Positions 15,201 through 30,557 of a stretch of DNA of 64,000 nt are shown here, one piece after another (the first letter of the stretch is position 1; each line of letters begins with the position of its first letter). The stretch lies in NCBI RefSeq assembly GCF_009914755.1, contig NC_060940.1; one strand, 5' to 3'. This DNA is from the human T2T-CHM13v2.0 reference genome, Homo sapiens. Under the pieces are notes generated by a model that saw nothing but the letters and a program-made list of their open reading frames with translations, searched no databases and was not told the DNA's origin. The position numbers and the translations under genes were made by a program.

Positions 15201-18200
15201 CATTTCATTCCATTCGATGATGATTCCATTCGATTCCATTCGATGATTCCTTTTGATTCCATGCGACGGTGAGCAATTCGATTCAATTCCATGATGATTC
15301 TATTTGATTCAATTAGATGATGTTTCCATTCGAATCCATTCCATGATTATTCCATTGGAATCCATTCGGCGATGATTCCATATGAGTCAATTCAATGATG
15401 ATTCCATATGGGTCCGTTCGATGATAATTCCATTTGATTTCATTCGATGCTTCTATTCTATTCCAGTCGATGATGATTCCGTTGGAGTCCATACGATGAT
15501 TCCATTTGATTTCATTTGATGATGATTCCATTCGATGATGATTACATTGGATTCCATTCTATGATTCCATTCAATTCCATTCGTTGATGATTCGATTCCA
15601 TTCAATGATGATTCCATTTGAGTTCATTCGATGATTCTATTCGATTCCGTTCGATGGTGATTCAATTCTATTATATTGGATGATTCCACTCGATTCCATT
15701 TGATGATTATTCCATTGGAGTCCACTTAGTGAATCCTTTAGATTCTACTCGACGATGATTCCATTCGAGTCCATTCGATGATACCATTCAATTCCATTCG
15801 TTGATGCTTCCATTCAAGTGCATTCGATGATATCATTCGATTCCATTTGATGATAATTCCATTTGATTCCATGCGATGATTCTATTCGATTCCATTCAAT
15901 GATAATTCCATTCAATTCAGTGATTCCTCTGGACTCCATTTGATGATGATTCCATTCAATGATTCCATTCGATTCTATTCGAAAATGATTCCATTTGAAT
16001 CCATTTGATGATGATTCCATTAGATTCCATTTGATGATTCCATTCGATTCCATTCGACGATGATTCCATTCGATTCCGTTTGATGATTCCATTCTATTCT
16101 ATTCGATGATGATTCCATTCGATTCCATTCGATGATGATTGGATTCGATTCCATTTGATGATTTCATTTGATTCCATTCGTTAATGATTTCGATCAATTC
16201 CATTCGATGATTCCATTCGATTCCATTCGATAATGATTACATCCGAGTCCATTCGATGATTCCCTTTGAGCCTGTTCGATAATTCCATTTGAGTCCAACC
16301 AATGATTCCATTCATTTCCATTCAATGATTCCATTCGAGTCCATTTGATCATTCCGGTAGGGTCCATTCGATGTTGATTCCATTGGAGTGCATTCGATGA
16401 TTCCATTCGAGTCCATTTTAGGATTTGATTCGAGTCCTTTCGATGATTCCATTCGATTCCACTCGATGATGATTTCATTCGAGTCCATTCGACACTTCCA
16501 ATCGATTCCATTTGATGATTCCATTCGAGTCCAATTGATGATTCCATTCAATTCCATTCGATGATGATTCCGTACGATTCCATTCTGTGATGATTCCATG
16601 TGATTGCATTCAATGATGATTCCTTTCGATTGCATTCGATTATGATTCATTTCGTGTTCATTCTATGGTTCCACAGGTTTCCATTCGTGTCCATTCCATT
16701 ATTCCATTCTATTCCATTTGATGATGATTCCATTCGATTCCATTCATTGGTGATTCCACTCAATTCCATTCAATGATTCCATTCCATTTCTTTCAACAAT
16801 GATTCCATTAGTTTCTAATCGATGATCCACTTGATTCCATTTGACGACGATTCCATTCTTGTCCATTCGATGATTCCATTTGATTCCATATGATGATGAT
16901 TCCATTCGATTCCATACCATGATGATTCCATTCGAGTCCATTCAATGGTGATTCCATTCAATTCCATTCGATGATTCCTTTCGATTCCATTCGATGATGA
17001 TGGCATTCGATTCCTTTCAATCATTCCCTTTGATTCCATTCCAAGGTGATTTCATTCAAGTCCATTCGATAATTGCATTCGATTCCATTCTATGATGATT
17101 CCATTCGAGTCCATTTGATGATTCCATTCAATTCAAGTCAATGATGATTCCATTCGATTCCATTCGATGATTCCATTGGATTCCATTCGATGATGATTCC
17201 ATTCAAATCCATTCGATAATTCAATTCAAGTCCATTCGATGATGATTCCAATCGAATCCATTCAAAGATTCCATTCAGTTCCATTCGATGATTCCCTTAG
17301 ATTCCATTCGATGATTCCACTTGATTGCATTTACGATGATTCCATTCGATTCCATGTGATGATTCCATTCAATTCTATTCAATGATGTCTCCATTTGATT
17401 CCATTCGACCATGATTGCCTTTGATTCCATTCAATGATTCCATTCGGTTCCGTTTGATGATGATTCCGTTCGATTCCATTTGATGATTCCATTTGATTCC
17501 ATTGGATGAGTCCATTCGATTACATTCGATGATTATTCCATTCGAGTGCATTAGATGATTCCATTCGAGTCCATTCGATGATTCCATTCGATTCCATTCG
17601 ATGTTGATTCTGTTCAAATCCATTCGATGATTCCACTCGATTCCATTCGTTGACTCCATTTGATCCCATTCGATGATTTCCTTTGATTCCCTTTGATGAT
17701 CATTCCATTTGATTCAATTCGGTGATTTCATTTGATTCCATTCAGTGATGTTTCCACTCGACTCCATTCGATGATGATTCCATTCGACTCCATTCGATTA
17801 TGATTTCATTCAATTCCATTCGATAATGATTCCCTTCGAGTCCATTCGATGATTCCATTCGATTCCATTCAACGATGATTTGATTCGTGTCCATTCGATG
17901 ATTCCATTTGATTCCACTTGATGATGATTCCATTCGAGTCCATTTGATGATTCCATTCAATTCCATACTCCGATGATTTCTTTTGAGCACACTCAATGCT
18001 TCCACTCGATTCCATATGATGATGACTCCATTCGATGAAATTCGATGATGATTCCATTCGCTTGCTTTCGATGATGATTCCACTTGAGTCCGTTAGAAGA
18101 TTCTATTCAATTACATTCCATGACGATTCCGTTCGAGTCCATTTGATGATTCCATTAGACTCCATTCGACGATGATTCCATTCGATGTTATTCGATGATT

Positions 18201-18333
18201 CCATTCGATCTCATTCGATGATGATTCCATTCAACTCCATTCGATGTTTCCATTCGAGTTCATTCTATTATTCCATTAGATTCCATTCGATGATGATTCC
18301 ATTCGATTCCATTTGATGATTGCATTCTATTTC
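12225..18333 (+). repeat. Higher-order unit U3 (6,109 bp; one GAT lost near 12730)
   Basis: ORF 7076->13185 is +6109. Reads ccattccatgattcc where other units read ccatgatgattcc. Confidence 0.92.
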
Positions 18334-21300
18334 ATTTGATGATGATTCCATTCGAGTCCACTCGATGATTCCATTCGAGTCCATTTAATGAATCCATTGG
18401 TTTCAATTCTATGATGATTACATTGGATTCCATTCGTTGATGATTTCATTCGGTCCCATTCAATGATGATTCCATTCAATTCCTTTCAATGTTTCCATTC
18501 AATTCCATACGATGATGATTCCATTTGATTTGATTCGACAGTGAGCCATTCGATTCAATTCCATGATGATTCTATTTGATTCAATTGGTTGACATTTCCA
18601 TTCGATTCCATTCGATGATGATTCCCTTTGATTCCGTTCAAAGATGATTCCATTCTAGCCCATTCAATCATTCCATTCGATTCTATTCAATGATGATTCC
18701 ATTCATGTCGATTTGGTGATTCCATTTGACTTCATTTGATGATGATTCCTTTCAAGTTCATTAGATGATTCCATTCGATTCCATTTGATGATGATCCCAT
18801 TCGAGTCCATTCAGTGATTCCATTCGTTTCTATTCCATGATGATTCCATTCCTTTCCATTCAATGATTGCATTCGATTCCGTTTGATGATGATTTCATTC
18901 GAGTCCATTTGATGATTCCATTTGATTCCATTCGATGATGATTCCATTCGAGTCCATTCGATGATTCTATTCGAATCCATTTGATGATTTCTTTTGATTA
19001 TATTTGGTGATGATTCCATTGGAGTCCATTCAATGATTCCATTCTATTCCAATCGATGATGATTCCATTAGAGTCCATTTAATGATTCCATTTGATTCCA
19101 GTCTCTGATGATTACATTCGAGTCCATACGATGATTCCACTCAATTCCATATGATGATGATTCCATTTGATTCCATTCGGTGATTCCATTCTATTCTATT
19201 CAATGGTGATTCCATTCGAGTACATTAGATGATTCCATTCGATTCCATTCAATGATGATTCTATTTGTGTCCCTTAGATGATTCCACATGATTCCATTAG
19301 ATGATGATACTATTTGAGCCCATCCAATGATTCCCTTCGATTCCATTCGATGAGGATTCCATTCGATTCAATTCATTGGTGATTCTATTCAATTCAATTC
19401 TTTGATTCCATTCCATTCCATTCGACAATGATTCCATTCGATTTCTTTCGATGATTCCACTCGATTCCACTTGACATTGATTCCATTCGATTCCATTCAA
19501 TGATTCCATTTGATTCCAGTGGATGATGATTGCCATCGATTCCATTCGATCACTCCATTCTATTCCATTTGATGATGATTACATTCGATTCCATTTGATG
19601 ATTCCATCTGATTCTATTCGAGGATTCCATTTGATTCCATTCGATGATGATTCCATTCGAGTCCATTCGATGATTTCATTCGAGTACATCCAATGATTCC
19701 ATTCGAGTCCATTAGATGATTCCATTTGATTCCATTTGAAAATGATTCTACTAGAGTCCATTCAATGACTCCATTCGAGTCCATTCAACAGTTCCATTCG
19801 ACTCCATTCGATGATTCCATTCGATTCCATTTGATGGTTCCATTCGAGTCCATTTAATCATTACAGTCGAGTCCATTTGGTGATTCCACTGGATTTCTTT
19901 TGATAATGATACCATTCAATTACATTTGATGATGATCCCATTCAATTTCATTTGATGATGATTCCATTAGAGTCCATTCGATGATTTCATTCGAGTCCCT
20001 TCATTGATTCCATCCGATTTCATTGGATGATGACTCCATTCGAGTCCATTCGATGATTCCACTCGATTCCATTAGATGACTCCATTGGAGTCCATTTGAT
20101 TGTTCCATTCGATTCCATTCGATTCCTTTCGAAGATTATTCCATTTGAGTCCATTCGATGATGATTCCATTCCATTCCATTCGATGATTCCGTTTGATTC
20201 CATTCGATGATTCCCTTCGATTCCTTTCTTTGATGATTCCATTCCATTCCATTCAATGATTCCATTCGAATCTATTCCATGATGATTCCTTTCGATTCCA
20301 TTCGCTGATGTTTCCGTTCAATTCCATTCGATGATGATTCCATTCGATTCCATTCATTGAGGATTCCATTTGATTCCATTCAATGATGATTCCATTCTAT
20401 TCCATTCAATGATTGCATTCAATTCCATTCAATGATTATCCCCTTAGAGTAAACTCAACGATTCCTTTCAATACCATTCGATGATGATTCCTTTTGAGTC
20501 CATTCAATGATTTCATTCAAGTCCATTTGATGATTCCTTTCAATTCCATTCTATGATGATTCCATTCGAGTCCATTCGATGATTCCATTCGATTGCATTC
20601 GATGATTCCATTATATTCCATTCAACGGTGATTCCATTCGAGTCCATTCCATGATTCCATTAGAGTACATTTAATGATTGCTTTGTTTTCAATTCGAAGA
20701 TGATTACATTGGATTCCATTCTATGATACCATTCGATTCCATTCAATGATGATTCCACTCAAATCCATTGGATGATTCCATTCGTGTCCATTCGGTGATT
20801 TCATTAGATTCCATTCGAGGATGATTCCATTCGACTCCATTCGATGATTCCATTCAATTCCATTCGATGATGATTCCATTCCAGTCCATATGATCATTCC
20901 ATTTGATTTCATTCGATGATGATTCCATTCGATTCCATTCGACGATTCCATTCTATTCCATTCGATGATGATTCCATTCGAGTCCATTCGATGATTCCAT
21001 TCGAGTCCATTTAATGATTCCATTGGGTTCAATTCAATGATGATTACATTGGATTCCGTTCTATGATTCCATTCAACTCCGTTCATTGACAATTTGATTC
21101 CATTCGATGATGATTCCATTTGAGTTCATTCGATGATTCTATTCGATTCTCTTCGATGGTGATTCAATTCTATTATATTGGATGATTCCATTCGATTCCA
21201 TTTGATGTTGATTCAATTCGATTCTATTCGATGATGATTCCATTGGATTTCACTTGTTGATTCTATTCGATTCCATTCAATGATGATTCACTTCTCGTCC

Positions 21301-24300
21301 ATTGGATGATTCCATTTCATTCCATTCGATGATGATTCCATTCGATTCCATTCGATGATTCCTTTTGATTCCATGCGACGGTGAGCAATTCGATTCAATT
21401 CCATGATGATTCTATTTGATTCAATTAGATGATGTTTCCATTCGAATCCATTCCATGATTATTCCATTGGAATCCATTCGGCGATGATTCCATATGAGTC
21501 AATTCAATGATGATTCCATATGGGTCCGTTCGATGATAATTCCATTTGATTTCATTCGATGCTTCTATTCTATTCCAGTCGATGATGATTCCGTTGGAGT
21601 CCATACGATGATTCCATTTGATTTCATTTGATGATGATTCCATTCGATGATGATTACATTGGATTCCATTCTATGATTCCATTCAATTCCATTCGTTGAT
21701 GATTCGATTCCATTCAATGATGATTCCATTTGAGTTCATTCGATGATTCTATTCGATTCCGTTCGATGGTGATTCAATTCCATTATATTGGATGATTCCA
21801 CTCGATTCCATTTGATGATTATTCCATTGGAGTCCACTTAGTGAATCCTTTAGATTCTACTCGACGATGATTCCATTCGAGTCCATTCGATGATACCATT
21901 CAATTCCATTCGTTGATGCTTCCATTCAAGTGCATTCGATGATATCATTCGATTCCATTTGATGATAATTCCATTTGATTCCATGCGATGATTCTATTCG
22001 ATTCCATTCAATGATAATTCCATTCAATTCAGTGATTCCTCTGGACTCCATTTGATGATGATTCCATTCAATGATTCCATTCGATTCTATTCGAAAATGA
22101 TTCCATTTGAATCCATTTGATGATGATTCCATTAGATTCCATTTGATGATTCCATTCGATTCCATTCGACGATGATTCCATTCGATTCCGTTTGATGATT
22201 CCATTCTATTCTATTCGATGATGATTCCATTCGATTCCATTCGATGATGATTGGATTCGATTCCATTTGATGATTTCATTTGATTCCATTCGTTAATGAT
22301 TTCGATCAATTCCATTCGATGATTCCATTCGATTCCATTCGATAATGATTACATCCGAGTCCATTCGATGATTCCCTTTGAGCCTGTTCGATAATTCCAT
22401 TTGAGTCCAACCAATGATTCCATTCATTTCCATTCAATGATTCCATTCGAGTCCATTTGATCATTCCGGTAGGGTCCATTCGATGTTGATTCCATTGGAG
22501 TGCATTCGATGATTCCATTCGAGTCCATTTTAGGATTTGATTCGAGTCCTTTCGATGATTCCATTCGATTCCACTCGATGATGATTTCATTCGAGTCCAT
22601 TCGACACTTCCAATCGATTCCATTTGATGATTCCATTCGAGTCCAATTGATGATTCCATTCAATTCCATTCGATGATGATTCCGTACGATTCCATTCTGT
22701 GATGATTCCATGTGATTGCATTCAATGATGATTCCTTTCGATTGCATTCGATTATGATTCATTTCGTGTTCATTCTATGGTTCCACAGGTTTCCATTCGT
22801 GTCCATTCCATTACTCCATTCTATTCCATTTGATGATGATTCCATTCGATTCCATTCATTGGTGATTCCACTCAATTCCATTCAATGATTCCATTCCATT
22901 TCTTTCAACAATGATTCCATTAGTTTCTAATCGATGATCCACTTGATTCCATTTGACGACGATTCCATTCTTGTCCATTCGATGATTCCATTTGATTCCA
23001 TATGATGATGATTCCATTCGATTCCATACCATGATGATTCCATTCGAGTCCATTCAATGGTGATTCCATTCAATTCCATTCGATGATTCCTTTTGATTCC
23101 ATTCGATGATGATGGCATTCGATTCCTTTCAATCATTCCCTTTGATTCCATTCAAAGGTGATTTCATTCAAGTCCATTCGATAATTGCATTCGATTCCAT
23201 TCTATGATGATTCCATTCGAGTCCATTTGATGATTCCATTCAATTCAAGTCAATGATGATTCCATTCGATTCCATTCGATGATTCCATTGGATTCCATTC
23301 GATGATGATTCCATTCAAATCCATTCGATAATTCAATTCAAGTCCATTCGATGATGATTCCAATCGAATCCATTCAAAGATTCCATTCAGTTCCATTCGA
23401 TGATTCCCTTAGATTCCATTCGATGATTCCACTTGATTGCATTTACGATGATTCCATTCGATTCCATGTGATGATTCCATTCAATTCTATTCAATGATGT
23501 CTCCATTTGATTCCATTCGACCATGATTGCCTTTGATTCCATTCAATGATTCCATTCGGTTCCGTTTGATGATGATTCCGTTCGATTCCATTTGATGATT
23601 CCATTTGATTCCATTGGATGAGTCCATTCGATTACATTCGATGATTATTCCATTCGAGTGCATTAGATGATTCCATTCGAGTCCATTCGATGATTCCATT
23701 CGATTCCATTCGATGTTGATTCTGTTCAAATCCATTCGATGATTCCACTCGATTCCATTCGTTGACTCCATTTGATCCCATTCGATGATTTCCTTTGATT
23801 CCCTTTGATGATCATTCCATTTGATTCAATTCGGTGATTTCATTTGATTCCATTCAGTGATGTTTCCATTCGACTCCATTCGATGATGATTCCATTCGAC
23901 TCCATTCGATTATGATTTCATTCAATTCCATTCGATAATGATTCCCTTCGAGTCCATTCGATGATTCCATTCGATTCCATTCAACGATGATTTGATTCGT
24001 GTCCATTCGATGATTCCATTTGATTCCACTTGATGATGATTCCATTCGAGTCCATTTGATGATTCCATTCAATTCCATACTCCGATGATTTCTTTTGAGC
24101 CCACTCAATGCTTCCACTCGATTCCATATGATGATGACTCCATTCGATGAAATTCGATGATGATTCCATTCGCTTGCTTTCGATGATGATTCCACTTGAG
24201 TCCGTTAGAAGATTCTATTCAATTACATTCCAGGACGATTCCGTTCGAGTCCATTTGATGATTCCATTAGACTCCATTCGACGATGATTCCATTCGATGT

Positions 24301-24445
24301 TATTCGATGATTCCATTCGATCTCATTCGATGATGATTCCATTCAACTCCATTCGATGTTTCCATTCGAGTTCATTCTATTATTCCATTAGATTCCATTC
24401 GATGATGATTCCATTCGATTCCATTTGATGATTGCATTCTATTTC
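18334..24445 (+). repeat. Higher-order unit U4 (6,112 bp)
   Basis: ORF 18732->24844 is +6112. Confidence 0.93.
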
Positions 24446-27400
24446 ATTTGATGATGATTCCATTCGAGTCCACTCGATGATTCCATTCGAGTCCATTTAA
24501 TGAATCCATTGGTTTCAATTCTATGATGATTACATTGGATTCCATTCGTTGATGATTTCATTCGGTTCCATTCAATGATGATTCCATTCAATTCCTTTCA
24601 ATGTTTCCATTCAATTCCATACGATGATGATTCCATTTGATTTGATTCGACAGTGAGCCATTCGATTCAATTCCATGATGATTCTATTTGATTCAATTGG
24701 TTGACATTTCCATTCGATTCCATTCGATGATGATTCCCTTTGATTCCGTTCAAAGATGATTCCATTCTAGCCCATTCAATCATTCCATTCGATTCTATTC
24801 AATGATGATTCCATTCATGTCGATTTGGTGATTCCATTTGACTTCATTTGATGATGATTCCTTTCAAGTTCATTAGATGATTCCATTCGATTCCATTTGA
24901 TGATGATCCCATTCGAGTCCATTCAGTGATTCCATTCGTTTCTATTCCATGATGATTCCATTCCTTTCCATTCAATGATTCCATTCGATTCCGTTTGATG
25001 ATGATTTCATTCGAGTCCATTTGATGATTCCATTTGATTCCATTCGATGATGATTCCATTCGAGTCCATTCGATGATTCTATTCGAATCCATTTGATGAT
25101 TTCTTTTGATTATATTTGGTGATGATTCCATTGGAGTCCATTCAATGATTCCATTCGATTCCTATCGATGATGATTCCATTAGAGTCCATTTAATGATTC
25201 CATTTGATTCCAGTCTCTGATGATTACATTCGAGTCCATACGATGCTTCCACTCAATTCCATATGATGATGATTCCATTTGATTCCATTCGGTGATTCCA
25301 TTCTATTCTATTCAATGGTGATTCCATTCGAGTACATTAGATGATTCCATTCGATTCCATTCAATGATGATTCTATTTGTGTCCCTTAGATGATTCCACA
25401 TGATTCCATTAGATGATGATACTATTTGAGCCCATCCAATGATTCCCTTCGATTCCATTCGATGAGGATTCCATTCGATTCAATTCATTGGTGATTCTAT
25501 TCAATTCAATTCTTTGATTCCATTCCATTCCATTCGACAATGATTCCATTCGATTTCTTTCGATGATTCCACTCGATTCCACTTGACACTGATTCCATTC
25601 GATTCCATTCAATGATTCCATTTGATTCCAGTGGATGATGATTGCCATCGATTCCATTCGATCACTCCATTCTATTCCATTTGATGATGATTACATTCGA
25701 TTCCATTTGATGATTCCATCTGATTCTATTCGAGGATTCCATTTGATTCCATTCGATGATGATTCCATTCGAGTCCATTCGATGATTTCATTCGAGTACA
25801 TCCAATGATTCCATTCGAGTCCATTAGATGATTCCATTTGATTCCATTTGAAAATGATTCTACTAGAGTCCATTCAATGAATCCATTCGAGTCCATTCAA
25901 CAATTCCATTCGACTCCATTCGATGATTCCATTCGATTCCATTTGATGGTTCCATTCGAGTCCATTTAATCATTACAGTCGAGTCCATTTGGTGATTCCA
26001 CTGGATTTCTTTTGATAATGATACCATTCCATTACATTTGATGATGATCCCATTCAATTTCATTTGATGATGATTCCATTAGAGTCCATTCGATGATTTC
26101 ATTCGAGTCCCTTCATTGATTCCATCCGATTTCATTGGATGATGACTCCATTCGAGTCCATTCGATGATTCCACTCGATTCCATTAGATGACTCCATTGG
26201 AGTCCATTTGATTGTTCCATTCGATTCCATTCGATTCCTTTCGAAGATTATTCCATTTGAGTCCATTCGATGATGATTCCATTCCATTCCATTCGATGAT
26301 TCCGTTTGATTCCATTCGATGATTCCCTTCGATTCCTTTCTTTGATGATTCCATTCCATTCCATTCAATGATTCCATTCGAATCTATTCCATGATGATTC
26401 CTTTCGATTCCATTCGCTGATGTTTCCGTTCAATTCCATTCGATGATGATTCCATTCGATTCCATTCATTGAGGATTCCATTTGATTCCATTCAATGATG
26501 ATTCCATTCTATTCCATTCAATGATTGCATTCAATTCCATTCAATGATTATCCCCTTAGAGTAAACTCAACGATTCCATTCAATACCATTCGATGATGAT
26601 TCCTTTTGAGTCCATTCAATGATTTCATTCAAGTCCATTTGATGATTCCTTTCAATTCCATTCTATGATGATTCCATTCGAGTCCATTCGATGATTCCAT
26701 TCGATTGCATTCGATGATTCCATTATATTCCATTCAACGGTGATTCCATTCGAGTCCATTCCATGATTCCATTAGAGTACATTTAATGATTGCTTTGTTT
26801 TCAATTCGAAGATGATTACATTGGATTCCATTCTATGATACCATTCGATTCCATTCAATGATGATTCCACTCAAATCCATTGGATGATTCCATTCGTGTC
26901 CATTCGGTGATTTCATTAGATTCCATTCGAGGATGATTCCATTCGATTCCATTCGATGATTCCATTCAATTCCATTCGATGATGATTCCATTCCAGTCCA
27001 TATGATCATTCCATTTGATTTCATTCGATGATGATTCCATTCGATTCCATTCGACGATTCCATTCTATTCCATTCGATGATGATTCCATTCGAGTCCATT
27101 CGATGATTCCATTCGAGTCCATTTAATGATTCCATTGGGTTCAATTCAATGATGATTACATTGGATTCCGTTCTATGATTCCATTCAATTCCGTTCATTG
27201 ACAATTTGATTCCATTCGATGATGATTCCATTTGAGTTCATTCGATGATTCTATTCGATTCTCTTCGATGGTGATTCAATTCTATTATATTGGATGATTC
27301 CATTCGATTCCATTTGATGTTGATTCAATTCGATTCTATTCGATGATGATTCCATTGGATTTCACTTGATGATTCTATTCGATTCCATTCAATGATGATT

Positions 27401-30400
27401 CACTTCTCGTCCATTGGATGATTCCATTTCATTCCATTCGATGATGATTCCATTCGATTCCATTCGATGATTCCATTTGATTCCATGCGACGGTGAGCAA
27501 TTCGATTCAATTCCATGATGATTCTATTTGATTCAATTAGATGATGTTTCCATTCGAATCCATTCCATGATTATTCCATTGGAATCCATTCGGCGATGAT
27601 TCCATATGAGTCAATTCAATGATGATTCCATATGGGTCCGTTCGATGATAATTCCATTTGATTTCATTCGATGCTTCTATTCTATTCCAGTCGATGATGA
27701 TTCCGTTGGAGTCCATACGATGATTCCATTTGATTTCATTTGATGATGATTCCATTCGATGATGATTACATTGGATTCCATTCTATGATTCCATTCAATT
27801 CCATTCGTTGATGATTCGATTCCATTCAATGATGATTCCATTTGAGTTCATTCAATGATTCTATTCGATTCCGTTCGATGGTGATTCAATTCTATTATAT
27901 TGGATGATTCCACTCGATTCCATTTGATGATTATTCCATTGGAGTCCACTTAGTGAATCCTTTAGATTCTACTCGACGATGATTCCATTCGAGTCCATTC
28001 GATGATACCATTCAATTCCATTCGTTGATGCTTCCATTCAAGTGCATTCGATGATATCATTCGATTCCATTTGATGATAATTCCATTTGATTCCATGCGA
28101 TGATTCTATTCGATTCCATTCAATGATAATTCCATTCAATTCAGTGATTCCTCTGGACTCCATTTGATGATGATTCCATTCAATGATTCCATTCGATTCT
28201 ATTCGAAAATGATTCCATTTGAATCCATTTGATGATGATTCCATTAGATTCCATTTGATGATTCCATTCGATTCCATTCGACGATGATTCCATTCGATTC
28301 CGTTTGATGATTCCATTCTATTCTATTCGATGATGATTCCATTCGATTCCATTCGATGATGATTGGATTCGATTCCATTTGATGATTTCATTTGATTCCA
28401 TTCGTTAATGATTTCGATCAATTCCATTCGATGATTCCATTCGATTCCATTCGATAATGATTACATCCGGGTCCATTCGATGATTCCCTTTGAGCCTGTT
28501 CGATAATTCCATTTGAGTCCAACCAATGATTCCATTCATTTCCATTCAATGATTCCATTCGAGTCCATTTGATCATTCCGGTAGGGTCCATTCGATGTTG
28601 ATTCCATTGGAGTGCATTCGATGATTCCATTCGAGTCCATTTTAGGATTTGATTCGAGTCCTTTCGATGATTCCATTCGATTCCACTCGATGATGATTTC
28701 ATTCGAGTCCATTCGACACTTCCAATCGATTCCATTTGATGATTCCATTCGAGTCCAATTGATGATTCCATTCAATTCCATTCGATGATGATTCCGTACG
28801 ATTCCATTCTGTGATGATTCCATGTGATTGCATTCAATGATGATTCCTTTCGATTGCATTCGATTATGATTCATTTCGTGTTCATTCTATGGTTCCACAG
28901 GTTTCCATTCGTGTCCATTCCATTATTCCATTCTATTCCATTTGATGATGATTCCATTCGATTCCATTCATTGGTGATTCCACTCAATTCCATTCAATGA
29001 TTCCATTCCATTTCTTTCAACAATGATTCCATTAGTTTCTAATCGATGATCCACTTGATTCCATTTGACGACGATTCCATTCTTGTCCATTCGATGATTC
29101 CATTTGATTCCATATGATGATGATTCCATTCGATTCCATACCATGATGATTCCATTCGAGTCCATTCAATGGTGATTCCATTCAATTCCATTCGATGATT
29201 CCTTTTGATTCCATTCGATGATGATGGCATTCGATTCCTTTCAATCATTCCCTTTGATTCCATTCAAAGGTGATTTCATTCAAGTCCATTCGATAATTGC
29301 ATTCGATTCCATTCTATGATGATTCCATTCGAGTCCATTTGATGATTCCATTCAATTCAAGTCAATGATGATTCCATTCGATTCCATTCGATGATTCCAT
29401 TGGATTCCATTCGATGATGATTCCATTCAAATCCATTCGATAATTCAATTCAAGTCCATTCGATGATGATTCCAATCGAATCCATTCAAAGATTCCATTC
29501 AGTTCCATTCGATGATTCCCTTAGATTCCATTCGATGATTCCACTTGATTGCATTTACGATGATTCCATTCGATTCCATGTGATGATTCCATTCAATTCT
29601 ATTCAATGATGTCTCCATTTGATTCCATTCGACCATGATTGCCTTTGATTCCATTCAATGATTCCATTCGGTTCCGTTTGATGATGATTCCGTTCGATTC
29701 CATTTGATGATTCCATTTGATTCCATTGGATGAGTCCATTCGATTACATTCGATGATTATTCCATTCGAGTGCATTAGATGATTCCATTCGAGTCCATTC
29801 GATGATTCCATTCGATTCCATTCGATGTTGATTCTGTTCAAATCCATTCGATGATTCCACTCGATTCCATTCGATGACTCCATTTGATCCCATTCGATGA
29901 TTTCCTTTGATTCCCTTTGATGATCATTCCATTTGATTCAATTCGGTGATTTCATTTGATTCCATTCAGTGATGTTTCCATTAGACTCCATTCGATGATG
30001 ATTCCATTCGACTCCATTCGATTATGATTTCATTCAATTCCATTCGATAATGATTCCCTTCGAGTCCATTCGATGATTCCATTCGATTCCATTCAACGAT
30101 GATTTGATTCGTGTCCATTCGATGATTCCATTTGATTCCACTTGATGATGATTCCATTCGAGTCCATTTGATGATTCCATTCAATTCCATACTCCGATGA
30201 TTTCTTTTGAGCCCACTCAATGCTTCCACTCGATTCCATATGATGATGACTCCATTCGATGAAATTCGATGATGATTCCATTCGCTTGCTTTCGATGATG
30301 ATTCCACTTGAGTCCGTTAGAAGATTCTATTCAATTACATTCCATGACGATTCCGTTCGAGTCCATTTGATGATTCCATTAGACTCCATTCGACGATGAT

Positions 30401-30557
30401 TCCATTCGATGTTATTCGATGATTCCATTCGATCTCATTCGATGATGATTCCATTCAACTCCATTCGATGTTTCCATTCGAGTTCATTCTATTATTCCAT
30501 TAGATTCCATTCGATGATGATTCCATTCGATTCCATTTGATGATTGCATTCTATTTC
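24446..30557 (+). repeat. Higher-order unit U5 (6,112 bp)
   Basis: ORF 25409->31521 is +6112. Confidence 0.93.
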
